Source: Candidatus Poribacteria bacterium | GTDB lineage: Bacteria; Poribacteria; WGA-4E; PCPOR2b | Direction of reading: 5' to 3' | Length of the DNA: 64,000 nt | NCBI GenBank assembly: GCA_965208675.1 | Contig: OZ242351.1 | Coordinates: forward strand, 1 to 64,000 | Shown here: positions 9,710 through 18,560 of the stretch, in pieces | Position numbering within the stretch: position 1 is the first letter of the stretch | Layout: each line of letters starts with the position of its first letter | Translations under genes and position numbers: made by a program | Notes under the pieces: model-generated | The model's database searches: none | What the model was told of the DNA's origin: nothing | What the model saw: the letters and a program-made list of their open reading frames with translations, nothing else

Positions 9710-9783
9710 TTACCTCGTAGAATTATAGAAAACGATTGTAATTCCCGTGAACCAAACTTTGCGTGAAATGTGATGAAGATTAA

Positions 9784-10670
9784 GAGCCTGTTTGAAAAGT
9801 CATTTGATTCGATTTTGCATTAAGTAAATGGAAGCGATGTACACCATAGTCTCAGCAGTCCTAGGATAGCGTTCATAATCCAAAGTCAATCGACGAAACC
9901 AACCAAGCCAAGAAAATGTGCGCTCAACAATCCATCGTAACGGGATAACTTCAAACTTCTCCCGTCCTAGCGTAGATGCAATCTCCAGTTGACATTGATG
10001 AGCAAAATATAACCAGTCTTCCAATTCTCCACGATAGGCGGCATCGGCACACACCAACTGAATGGTTATGTACCAGCTAAACACTTCTGTTAGTAACTCG
10101 ATAGCAATCTGATTATCACTGACATTCGCGTCAGTGACTTTGACCATCAATGGAATACCCGTCGTATCCGTTACTAGATGTCGTTTGCGTCCTTTGACCT
10201 TCTTGTGACCATCAAAACCGCGAGTCGTCGCCAGTTCAGTTGTCTTAATGGATTGGCTGTCAATGATAGCTGCTGTCGGTGATGGTTCTTTGCCACCATC
10301 ACAGCGTGATTGTTCGTGAAGTGCCTGATGAATCAAGAGCCATGTATTGTCGGCTTCCCACTTCCTAAAATGGTAATAGACGGTTTGCCACGGTGGCATA
10401 TCGTATGGTAGCATTCGCCACTGGCAACCGGACTTGACGACATAAAAGATGGCATGGACAATTAAGTACATCTCCCATTTTAGAGGTCTACCTAATGGTT
10501 GAGGGGTTGGCAGAAACGCTGACAGTTTCTGCCATTGTACATCGGTCAAATCACTAGGATAACGTTTTCGGTTCATGTTTACTCCCTTCATTGGTTCGGA
10601 ATCAACTGCTCCAGTGAGTAAACGTAAACATCAACCGTTCAGACATCTTTTTTCTTTTTCAAACAGGCTC
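9784..10670 (-). mobile_element. IS5-family (IS1031-like) insertion sequence, 887 bp
   Basis: 15-bp perfect TIR GAGCCTGTTTGAAAA, TAA target-site duplication (9781-9783, 10671-10673), single transposase ORF. Confidence 0.95.
9800..10576 (-). CDS. IS5 family DDE transposase
   Basis: RYPSDLTD, GCQWRMLP, IIDSQS, KGRKRH, ADAAY, RWIVERTFSW. Confidence 0.96.
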   Translation of the reverse strand: MNRKRYPSDLTDVQWQKLSAFLPTPQPLGRPLKWEMYLIVHAIFYVVKSGCQWRMLPYDMPPWQTVYYHFRKWEADNTWLLIHQALHEQSRCDGGKEPSPTAAIIDSQSIKTTELATTRGFDGHKKVKGRKRHLVTDTTGIPLMVKVTDANVSDNQIAIELLTEVFSWYITIQLVCADAAYRGELEDWLYFAHQCQLEIASTLGREKFEVIPLRWIVERTFSWLGWFRRLTLDYERYPRTAETMVYIASIYLMQNRIK

Positions 10671-11067
10671 TAAAAAGGGCACTTTTTTGAAAACTTCGAC
10701 TGAAAGCCATTACTTCATGGCAACATTATGCGTACCCTCTATATTTATCAAATATGTCTTGATGTTTTTGGTCTAGGCAACGGGATGCATTTTATGGTCG
10801 GCATCAGTAGTTAACCAACCTAGCGTCACTTTTTCGCGTGTTCTAAAGGCGACAGGAAAGGCCTCGCTGCTAGGATACTTTCTGGTTGTTAGCCCGTGTC
10901 AAAAAAAGCGCCAGTGAGAAAGAAGTCAGGCTTCCCCTTGTTTGAGTGTTAGTGTAGTAGGACACCGGCAACAACGTGGTTTAGGCTTCTTCCGCGTGCG
11001 GTTTGACCCGATAAAGAGAATCGGTGTTGTTTTGTAGAATTTAATCTTACCTATTATTCACTTCGAT

Positions 11068-12042
11068 TTATTTTATTTGGTAAAACACCTTTATTGTGCT
11101 TTTATCTGCGCCGGTTTGATTTAGAATCTGCCGTAATTTGTGCCATTGTGATTGGGTGTTTACGTAACCGCGCTGCAAAAATAGCCCGTTCGGAAGCGGT
11201 TTTGGTTCTTTGAATGGTGTGCCATCTGGGTTTTTCGGTTCGCGACCGATAAGGGTATACTTATTTGTGCCGATTGGACAGTCATTGATACTCACTATTT
11301 TCTCATCCACGAGCCAAGCCACGACTTTGTGGATAACGTCAAGCCAATACTTTACCCGTTCGTCAATTCGAGAGTCTATCTTCAACCGGACTGGTTTCGT
11401 GTCCTTTGGGTACAATTTCGATTCAAATGAACAGCAGTCATTGAAGTTTCCCGGAGAGTTGTCAGGCGGCGCTAGTTCCTGCGTTTCATAGGAGTTTCTA
11501 CTTGGGCCATCCGGTAAGGGCTTTGTTGATACGAAAACCGGTTCGGTCGCTTCAGATGGTCCACTATCAAATGCAAAATTTGGTCTCCACATTGCCAATG
11601 CCTGTAACGCACTTTCATGAGTCGGATGTTGGGACATCTTAAACTTCATCAATAGCCGATCTTCCAATGCGACGGGCTTAAAAACCTCGTACATCGCCCA
11701 CCGATCCCCATCAGTCACAATTATGTAACCAATTCCAGCCAGATTGGCGTAGTTAAGAACCTGCATGATTTCATCATTTTTCAAATCGTTACCCAACTTT
11801 TTTGCTTCAATTAGGGCAACCCTTCGACTGTCAGATTTGAGCGCATAATCTGCACGCTGCTGTTCTACCCTATATTCAAGTTCAACCGTGTCTGGATCTG
11901 ATACATCCCATCCCAACTCGCGCAATAACGGATCGATTAGCACTTGTCGCGTGCGTGTTTCGTCACCAGACAGATAAGCACGGTGTGTTTCAATCAAATC
12001 CCGCAACTTTTCAACAATTCCATGTAAGTCATCCAATGCCAC
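11068..12042 (-). CDS. HsdR N-terminal-type PD-(D/E)XK nuclease domain protein with unknown C-terminal domain
   Basis: ETRTRQVLIDPLLRELGWD, RADYAL, IEAKK, QxxxYA, VTDGDRW; no helicase domain. Confidence 0.82.
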   Translation of the reverse strand: MALDDLHGIVEKLRDLIETHRAYLSGDETRTRQVLIDPLLRELGWDVSDPDTVELEYRVEQQRADYALKSDSRRVALIEAKKLGNDLKNDEIMQVLNYANLAGIGYIIVTDGDRWAMYEVFKPVALEDRLLMKFKMSQHPTHESALQALAMWRPNFAFDSGPSEATEPVFVSTKPLPDGPSRNSYETQELAPPDNSPGNFNDCCSFESKLYPKDTKPVRLKIDSRIDERVKYWLDVIHKVVAWLVDEKIVSINDCPIGTNKYTLIGREPKNPDGTPFKEPKPLPNGLFLQRGYVNTQSQWHKLRQILNQTGADKSTIKVFYQIK

Positions 12043-12518
12043 GGCAACCTCCTTTCAAATCCTAACTTTCATCCATTGCGATAGGTAGTATACGAATTGA
12101 TGATGGCTTAAATTCTTGTGCGTCGTGGTGATACATCAATTCTTGATAGTTGCAAATTTTTGTTCAATCGGTGTCAAGCGTCTAAAATAACGGATCAGAC
12201 TTCTAACCTATCGTGCCAATGATTCTGATTTGCGTTTTGCAACAATAGAATCGTATGAGGCCTGATGTTAACACGGAATTAATCGTACGGTCCAACAGAT
12301 ACTGTGCTATTGGTTGATGCGCATCGTGATTTTGGCAGGTCTCTTATGCATTTTACCACAACTAGCCACTACAATGACAACCGGTTTTCTCCATATGATT
12401 AAAGCCTATTCGAGAGTAGCACTAGTCCGGGGGCAAATTACATTGTAGTAGAATCTACTTGGTTCTTAGTCGACCAATTGGATTTGGCGTGCTCGATTGC
12501 CCAATTTCTGCCGGATTT

Positions 12519-14006
12519 TTACGATGTCCAATCGCGGGCGATTTGTACAAGTAACCGCGCTCCGTAGCCGGATGCGCCCTTGGGAATATAAGACGATCCC
12601 TCGACGCCCCAAGCGGTGCCGGCAATATCGAGGTGAGCCCACGGATAACCACCCGCAAATTTTTTCAAGAAAACCGCGCCCGCAATTGTCCCCGCCGTGC
12701 CGTCACCGATATTTTGGACATCCGCGACCTTACTTTTTATCCCCTCGTCGTAATCCTCCCACAAAGGCAGTTGCCACACCCGCTCGTGGGTTTTATCGGC
12801 GGCGAGTTTAATCTTCTCGATTAGATTGTCATCCGTTCCCAATAACCCCGACGCGAAGTGCCCCAACGCCGTGATAACAGCTCCGGTGAGCGTCGCAAGA
12901 TCGATTACCGCCTTGGGGTCATACTTGGCGGCATAACCCAATGCATCTGCCAGCACCAAGCGTCCTTCGGCGTCCGTGTTTAGGATTTCAATTGTTTTGC
13001 CAGCGTACGATGTAACAACATCTCCCGGTTTTTGGGCGGTGCCGCTGGGCAAATTTTCAGTGGCGGCAATTAATCCAACGACATGGAGATTAGGTCTAAG
13101 CCTGCCGATTGCTTGCATGGCGCCAAGCACTGCCGCCGCACCGGACATATCGTGTTTCATTTCGTCCATGCCGCGGCTCGGTTTGAGCGACAACCCGCCG
13201 CTGTCGAAGGTAATCCCTTTACCAACATAGACAATGGTGTCTTGTACATCTCCGTCAGGGATATGTTCTAGGATAATGAACCTCGGCTCCTCCTGACTTC
13301 CTTGAGCCACGCCAACTAATGCCCCGAACCCTTTTTCCTTAAGTTCTGCTAGCTCAAGAATCTCGCACTTCAATCCCGTTGTATCCGCTATTGTTTGCGC
13401 TTTGTCAGCGAGCATCGTGGGCGTCAAATGATTCGACGGCTGATTGCTCAAGTCCCGCGCAAGGATGGTTCCCTGCGCAATGGTCTCGCCAATTTCGATT
13501 GCCTGCGCGGCGGCAGGCAGGCTAGCTTCATCATTCATGACAATCGTGATTGCTTCAATCGTCTTAAACTTGTCGAGGTTTTGCGTTTTGTGCATGTTAA
13601 ATTCGTACAACCCCAGCAAGCAGCCTTCAACAATAGCTTGTATCATCTCATCTGCCGTATCAGAGGGCAATGGGATGGCGAACCTCTTCGCTCCTAAATC
13701 TCGGATTGACTGCGCCATTTTGGCCGCGGCTTGACGGGCTTTTTCAAGATTGAACTCTTCCGATTTTCCGAGACCGACTAACCCGATTCGCGGCGCTGCG
13801 ACAGCTCCCCTAGTGTAGAGTAGGCTCGTTTGCTTGAGCTCACCCTTAAAGTCACCGGATTCAAACAACTCACCAATTGCCCCGCCCATTGCCGCATCGG
13901 CAATCTGCGGTGCCCCTTCTAGAGAAGTGCCGCCTTCGAAAATGCCGAAAGCGATAGCATCGACCCTTTCTGTTCTAATATCTCCAACTTTAGCATGAAT
14001 ATTCAT
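12519..14006 (-). CDS. pepA: Leucyl aminopeptidase (M17)
   Basis: VGKGITFDSGG, MKHDMSG, NTDAEGRL, DLATLTGA, HLDIAG. Confidence 0.97.
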   Translation of the reverse strand: MNIHAKVGDIRTERVDAIAFGIFEGGTSLEGAPQIADAAMGGAIGELFESGDFKGELKQTSLLYTRGAVAAPRIGLVGLGKSEEFNLEKARQAAAKMAQSIRDLGAKRFAIPLPSDTADEMIQAIVEGCLLGLYEFNMHKTQNLDKFKTIEAITIVMNDEASLPAAAQAIEIGETIAQGTILARDLSNQPSNHLTPTMLADKAQTIADTTGLKCEILELAELKEKGFGALVGVAQGSQEEPRFIILEHIPDGDVQDTIVYVGKGITFDSGGLSLKPSRGMDEMKHDMSGAAAVLGAMQAIGRLRPNLHVVGLIAATENLPSGTAQKPGDVVTSYAGKTIEILNTDAEGRLVLADALGYAAKYDPKAVIDLATLTGAVITALGHFASGLLGTDDNLIEKIKLAADKTHERVWQLPLWEDYDEGIKSKVADVQNIGDGTAGTIAGAVFLKKFAGGYPWAHLDIAGTAWGVEGSSYIPKGASGYGARLLVQIARDWTS

Positions 14007-14382
14007 TAATATCTCCTACAAGACTCGTAAAAAAGATTCATGATTCCAACCGGATGGCAACGGAATATCGCGAGAGATTGAAAAATCCCACCGCGACTAA
14101 CCGCCATTATAGTCTAGCAAAAATTCTGCGTTACATCAATGTCAACATTTGGCGGCCGCTAAAAATCAACCTAGTAGCGATTTTCCGTTGCGTCAATCTC
14201 AAAGCCTTAAATTGATGGGCAGGTGGGGAAAAAGTGGTGTGCGCCGCAGACGAATTTTGTAATTCCGTTAATCTCGGAGCGCTTCTATTTCTGTCAATCG
14301 CGCTTAACGTTTCCCTAACTAAAATGCAATTGACACTCAGGAAGATGCTGTGATAAACTGTCTCAAGATGGAGGGTTGAACA

Positions 14383-14721
14383 ATGGAGATTGAAGTCAAA
14401 TACCATAAAGACGACGCTGTCTTGAGGCTTTCAGGCGACATACTTGGGGATGATCGAATCATGTTAAACGAAAAAATTCAAGAACTTGCTGACAAGGGTT
14501 CAAAAGATATCGTATTGAATCTCAAAGCGGTTGGATTGATGGATAGCGTTGGATTGGGTATGATTGTTGCTTGCCACACGTCCCTAGCACGGCGGCAGAT
14601 TCGGCTTGTATTATCAGACGTTGGCAAATCAGTTAAGTACCTGTTAACTATCACCAAACTGGCGCCTGTTTTCGAATTGTACGACACTGAAGACGATGCG
14701 CTAGCCAGCCTGCAATCATAA
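14383..14721 (+). CDS. STAS-domain anti-sigma factor antagonist
   Basis: MDSVGLG phospho-Ser motif, 112 aa; TTGACA-N18-TAAACT upstream at 14330-14359. Confidence 0.9.
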   Translation: MEIEVKYHKDDAVLRLSGDILGDDRIMLNEKIQELADKGSKDIVLNLKAVGLMDSVGLGMIVACHTSLARRQIRLVLSDVGKSVKYLLTITKLAPVFELYDTEDDALASLQS

Positions 14722-14759
14722 GAATGCGTCATATTGGCAGCAACTAGAAAACGCGGCTT

Positions 14760-14772
14760 TGTCAATTTGACA
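14760..14772. promoter_or_regulatory. Perfect inverted repeat TGTCAA-T-TTGACA, candidate enhancer-binding-protein site
   Basis: Dyad ~195 bp upstream of a sigma54 -24/-12 element. Confidence 0.35.
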
Positions 14773-14966
14773 TTTCCCGATAAATATAGGCATTTATGTT
14801 TCACCTATTTGTAAGAGATTGCGCTGCGGAGGCATTTCGAAGTGCCCATGGACACATTCGGACGTGGTCTTGAGTCGGCGTGGACTCTGGATTAAAGCTA
14901 ATGAAACATCAGGAGTTTTCAAACGGCCTCTGCGTGTCCCAGTTCTGCCTTTGACGATAATCCTGT

Positions 14967-14981
14967 TGGCACAGAAATTGC
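14967..14981 (+). promoter_or_regulatory. Sigma-54 promoter (-24/-12)
   Basis: TGGCAC-AGAAA-TTGC, exact consensus, intergenic and upstream of a response regulator. Confidence 0.7.
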
Positions 14982-15168
14982 GCCATCCCGATTCGATGTA
15001 AACCACGTTAATGCATTCAAACAATCCGTATCTATTTACTGGCAGCATGAGTAAATGCGAACGTTTGGAAGCTAAAATGGATTGGCGTGGCGGGGATTAA
15101 GAAGAAATTCTCTAAAGTTCCAATCTTTACTTGCATGCATTGCGTGCAGCAGCAAAAGGGGGCAAGTC

Positions 15169-15633
15169 GTGGTCGGTCAAATCAATCAAATTCTGTTGGT
15201 CGATGATGACATCTCCTCGTTGAGCGTGCTGTGCGAGGTTTTGAAGCGCGCCGGTTATCGAACGGTGTCCGCAAATAACGGATATGAAGCCATACAGCGA
15301 GTGGAGGCGAATGTGGTCAATCTTGCCATCCTCGACTTCGATCTCCCGGACACAACGGGTTTGGACTTACTGCATCAGATTAAACACTTGCAACCCGGTG
15401 TGCCAGTTATCATTATGAGTGCAAACACGTCGTATGGCCTAAAGCTTGATGCCTTTGAGGCGGGCGCTTTTACATTTATCGCAAAACCGATCAAATTACC
15501 GCAATTACTTCAGTTTGTATCACGAGCCTTAGATTTTCAGCGGAGAGGTGCAGCGGTTTCTCGCGCCGCACCTCCTCGTGCGGTTCAGGTGAAGAAATCG
15601 TTTTTCATGCGTTGGATTCGGATAATAAGATGA
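15169..15633 (+). CDS. Single-domain response regulator receiver with short basic tail
   Basis: ILLVDDD, ILDFDLPDTTGLDLL, IIMSA, FIAKP; probable GTG start at 15169. Confidence 0.88.
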   Translation: MVGQINQILLVDDDISSLSVLCEVLKRAGYRTVSANNGYEAIQRVEANVVNLAILDFDLPDTTGLDLLHQIKHLQPGVPVIIMSANTSYGLKLDAFEAGAFTFIAKPIKLPQLLQFVSRALDFQRRGAAVSRAAPPRAVQVKKSFFMRWIRIIR

Positions 15634-15730
15634 AGAAATCAAAGTATCATTCACAAAAGGTTGCTTTCGTAAAACAGACACATTAAACACGTTCAATTAA
15701 AACGCTTCTATTTTGGAGGAGGATTTTAAA

Positions 15731-17674
15731 ATGAGTAAAGTCATCGGCATTGATTTAGGTACAACAAATTCATGCGTTGCGATTTTGGAGGGCGGCGATC
15801 CAAAAGTTATAGAAAACACTGAAGGCACACGAACAACCCCATCTGTCGTGGCATTCACAAAGGATGGAGAGCGGTTGGTTGGACAGGTGGCGAAACGCCA
15901 AGGAATTACTAACCCAAAACATACTATATTCTCCATTAAGCGGTTCATGGGAAGGAAATACGGCGAGGCCGGGGAAGAACTTAATCGTATTCCTTATGAA
16001 GTCGCTAGCGGCAAGAACGGAGATTTAGCGGTCAAAGTCCAAGATAGAGATTACTCGCCACCTGAGATTTCTGCAATGGTGCTCCAAAAGATGAAAGAGA
16101 CCGCGGAGAATTACCTCGGTGAAAAAGTCGATCAGGCTGTAATTACCGTTCCAGCCTATTTTAACGACTCGCAGCGGCAAGCTACAAAAGACGCTGGTAA
16201 AATTGCCGGGCTGGAGGTGATGCGGATCATCAACGAACCTACGGCTGCATCATTGGCTTATGGACTCCAAAACAAAAAAGATTTGAAAATTGCCGTTTAT
16301 GACCTCGGCGGTGGCACGTTTGATATCTCTATCCTAGAGATTGGCGAGGGTGTCTTTGAAGTGAAAAGTACTAACGGCGACACCCATCTCGGCGGCGACG
16401 ATTTCGATCAAAAAATCATTGACTGGCTCGCAGACGAGTTTCAGCGCGATCAGGGGATAGACTTAAGAAAAGATACGATGGCGTTGCAAAGACTGAAAGA
16501 AGCCGCTGAAAAGGCGAAATGTGAACTTTCTAGCGCTATGCAAACAGACGTTAATTTACCCTTTATCACTGCGGATGCGAGCGGCCCCAAACATCTGAAC
16601 GTGCCGCTGACTCGCGCCAAATTAGAACAACTCACTGACGATCTCATTGAGCGAACCCTTGAACCTTGCCGGAAAGCCATTGCCGATGCGGATTTGTCCG
16701 CGGCAGATATTGATGAAGTAATCTTGGTCGGCGGTCAAACTCGGATGCCCAAAGTGCAGGAGGCGGTGGAGAAACTATTCGGCAGAGAGCCAAATAAGGG
16801 CGTTAATCCGGATGAAGTTGTCGCGGTGGGGGCAGGCATTCAGGGCGGCATTCTCTCCGGCGATTCCGAGGTTAAAGACATCTTGCTGCTTGATGTCACA
16901 CCGTTGTCGTTGGGAATTGAGACGCTCGGTGGTATGTTCACGAAATTAATCGAGCGGAACACGACTATTCCTACGCGAAAATCCCAAATTTTTACAACGC
17001 CGGAAGACAATCAGTCCTCTGTGGATGTGCATGTTTTGCAGGGGGAACGCGAACAAGCAGTCTACAACAAGACGATCGGCCGGTTCCGATTAGATGGTAT
17101 TCCGCCTGCGCCGCGCGGCATGCCGCAGATTGAAGTGACATTTGACATTGATGCGAACGGAATCCTCAACGTCTCGGCAAAAGACCTCGCAACGGGTAAG
17201 GAGCAGAAGATTACAATTACGGCGTCCTCGGGTCTGTCTGAAACAGAAATCGAACAGATGGTAAAAGATGCGGAAGCCCACGCCGACGAGGATCAGCGAA
17301 AACGCGAAGAGTTTGAGGTACGCCACAGGGGCGACTCGCTTGTATATGAAACAGAGAAAAATCTGAATGAGTTCAGCGACAAGATAGATACTGCCGTGAA
17401 AAGTCAGGTGGAGGCTGCTGTCGAACGGCTCAAAGAATCCTTAAAAGCGGACAGCATTGAAAGCATCAAATCTGCAACTGAGGACTTGACACAGGTATGG
17501 CATCAGGCGGCGGCGGAACTCTACAAACAGGCAGGGCCGACAGAAGGAGAATCTTCTTCCGAGCCTCCGCCTTATCGAAGCGCTCCGACTGATGAAGGGG
17601 GACCAACAACTTCATCAACCGAAGGCGAAGTCATCGACGCTGACTACGAAGTCGTGGACGAGGAGAAAAAGTAA
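15731..17674 (+). CDS. dnaK: Chaperone DnaK (Hsp70)
   Basis: [35 protein letters not shown]-terminal DADYEVVD. Confidence 0.99.
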   Translation: MSKVIGIDLGTTNSCVAILEGGDPKVIENTEGTRTTPSVVAFTKDGERLVGQVAKRQGITNPKHTIFSIKRFMGRKYGEAGEELNRIPYEVASGKNGDLAVKVQDRDYSPPEISAMVLQKMKETAENYLGEKVDQAVITVPAYFNDSQRQATKDAGKIAGLEVMRIINEPTAASLAYGLQNKKDLKIAVYDLGGGTFDISILEIGEGVFEVKSTNGDTHLGGDDFDQKIIDWLADEFQRDQGIDLRKDTMALQRLKEAAEKAKCELSSAMQTDVNLPFITADASGPKHLNVPLTRAKLEQLTDDLIERTLEPCRKAIADADLSAADIDEVILVGGQTRMPKVQEAVEKLFGREPNKGVNPDEVVAVGAGIQGGILSGDSEVKDILLLDVTPLSLGIETLGGMFTKLIERNTTIPTRKSQIFTTPEDNQSSVDVHVLQGEREQAVYNKTIGRFRLDGIPPAPRGMPQIEVTFDIDANGILNVSAKDLATGKEQKITITASSGLSETEIEQMVKDAEAHADEDQRKREEFEVRHRGDSLVYETEKNLNEFSDKIDTAVKSQVEAAVERLKESLKADSIESIKSATEDLTQVWHQAAAELYKQAGPTEGESSSEPPPYRSAPTDEGGPTTSSTEGEVIDADYEVVDEEKK

Positions 17675-17695
17675 AACATCGTTCAAGCACACACT

Positions 17696-17723
17696 AAGGC
17701 TAGGACTAATCCTAGCCTTTTTT
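17696..17723 (+). terminator. Rho-independent terminator after dnaK
   Basis: AAGGCTAGGA-CTAA-TCCTAGCCTT followed by a T tract. Confidence 0.9.
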
Positions 17724-17797
17724 ATTTCCATTAATGCTCGCCACGGTAACAACCGCATCTAAATCGGACGGTTTGGCGGCCGCGGTTTAGAAGATTG

Positions 17798-17826
17798 TTG
17801 ACTTGCTAGCCAGGCCGCACTATACT
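17798..17826 (+). promoter_or_regulatory. Sigma70 promoter TTGACT-N17-TATACT
   Basis: Near-consensus hexamers with a 17-bp spacer. Confidence 0.7.
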
Positions 17827-17990
17827 AATTGCAATCGAATGGGACACCGAAATGATTCACGCGGTGAGGTGAAATATGAGCGGCGGCGCCCTATATTCAT
17901 CTCACATGTTTCACTGCTTGTACCGAATCCAAGCGTGGAATTGATTCGACGCGGAGTATATTCCTTAATCCGAACGAGGATGGGGGCTGT

Positions 17991-18548
17991 ATGGGTCAGA
18001 TTAGACCTTGCCAACCTGTTAAACTCATTTTCGGCGTCATTACGGGAATCCCGGATCTGCTCGAAGAGGTATACGAACGCCTTTCAGGACGATTTGGGCA
18101 GATTGATTATACCAGCCCCCTACTTGCATTTGATCATACGTCCTATTATGAAGATGAAATGGGAAAAGGGCTGCACCGCCAGTTTGTCGGTTTTGAAACG
18201 TTAATTTCGCCCGATGAGCTTTCCTCAACGAAACTTTTTTCTAATGCTGTTGAACAAGAATTTACGCAAGCTGATACCGAATTCCGCCGGGTGAATCTTG
18301 ACCCTGGTTATATTTCGGCTTCAAAATTGGTGCTCGCTTCGACAAAAGATCACGCACACCGCATCTATCTTCAACGTGGAATATACGCAGAAATCACCCT
18401 GCGATTTCACGGTAAAACCTTTCATGCCTGGGAATGGACGTATCCTGATTATCAGACACAGGTCTACATCGACATCTTTAACCACATTCGCGGCATCTAC
18501 ATGGCGCAAATCCGAGCCAGCGGTGTGGGCACAGTCCGGATTCAATAA
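17991..18548 (+). CDS. DUF4416 family protein
   Basis: YYEDEMG, RRVNLDPGY, LVLASTKD, HRIYL, GIYAEITL, WTYPDY. Confidence 0.85.
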   Translation: MGQIRPCQPVKLIFGVITGIPDLLEEVYERLSGRFGQIDYTSPLLAFDHTSYYEDEMGKGLHRQFVGFETLISPDELSSTKLFSNAVEQEFTQADTEFRRVNLDPGYISASKLVLASTKDHAHRIYLQRGIYAEITLRFHGKTFHAWEWTYPDYQTQVYIDIFNHIRGIYMAQIRASGVGTVRIQ

Positions 18549-18560
18549 TCGCAAACGCTT

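Noticed and set aside
10674-11060. Possible RNA structure in the gap after the IS
   Set aside because: Only short scattered stems (e.g. CCTAGCG/TGCTAGG), at a level expected by chance
14820-14955. 6S-like or other structured RNA
   Set aside because: Stems are short and partly mutually exclusive; the region is better explained as the spacer between enhancer and sigma-54 promoter
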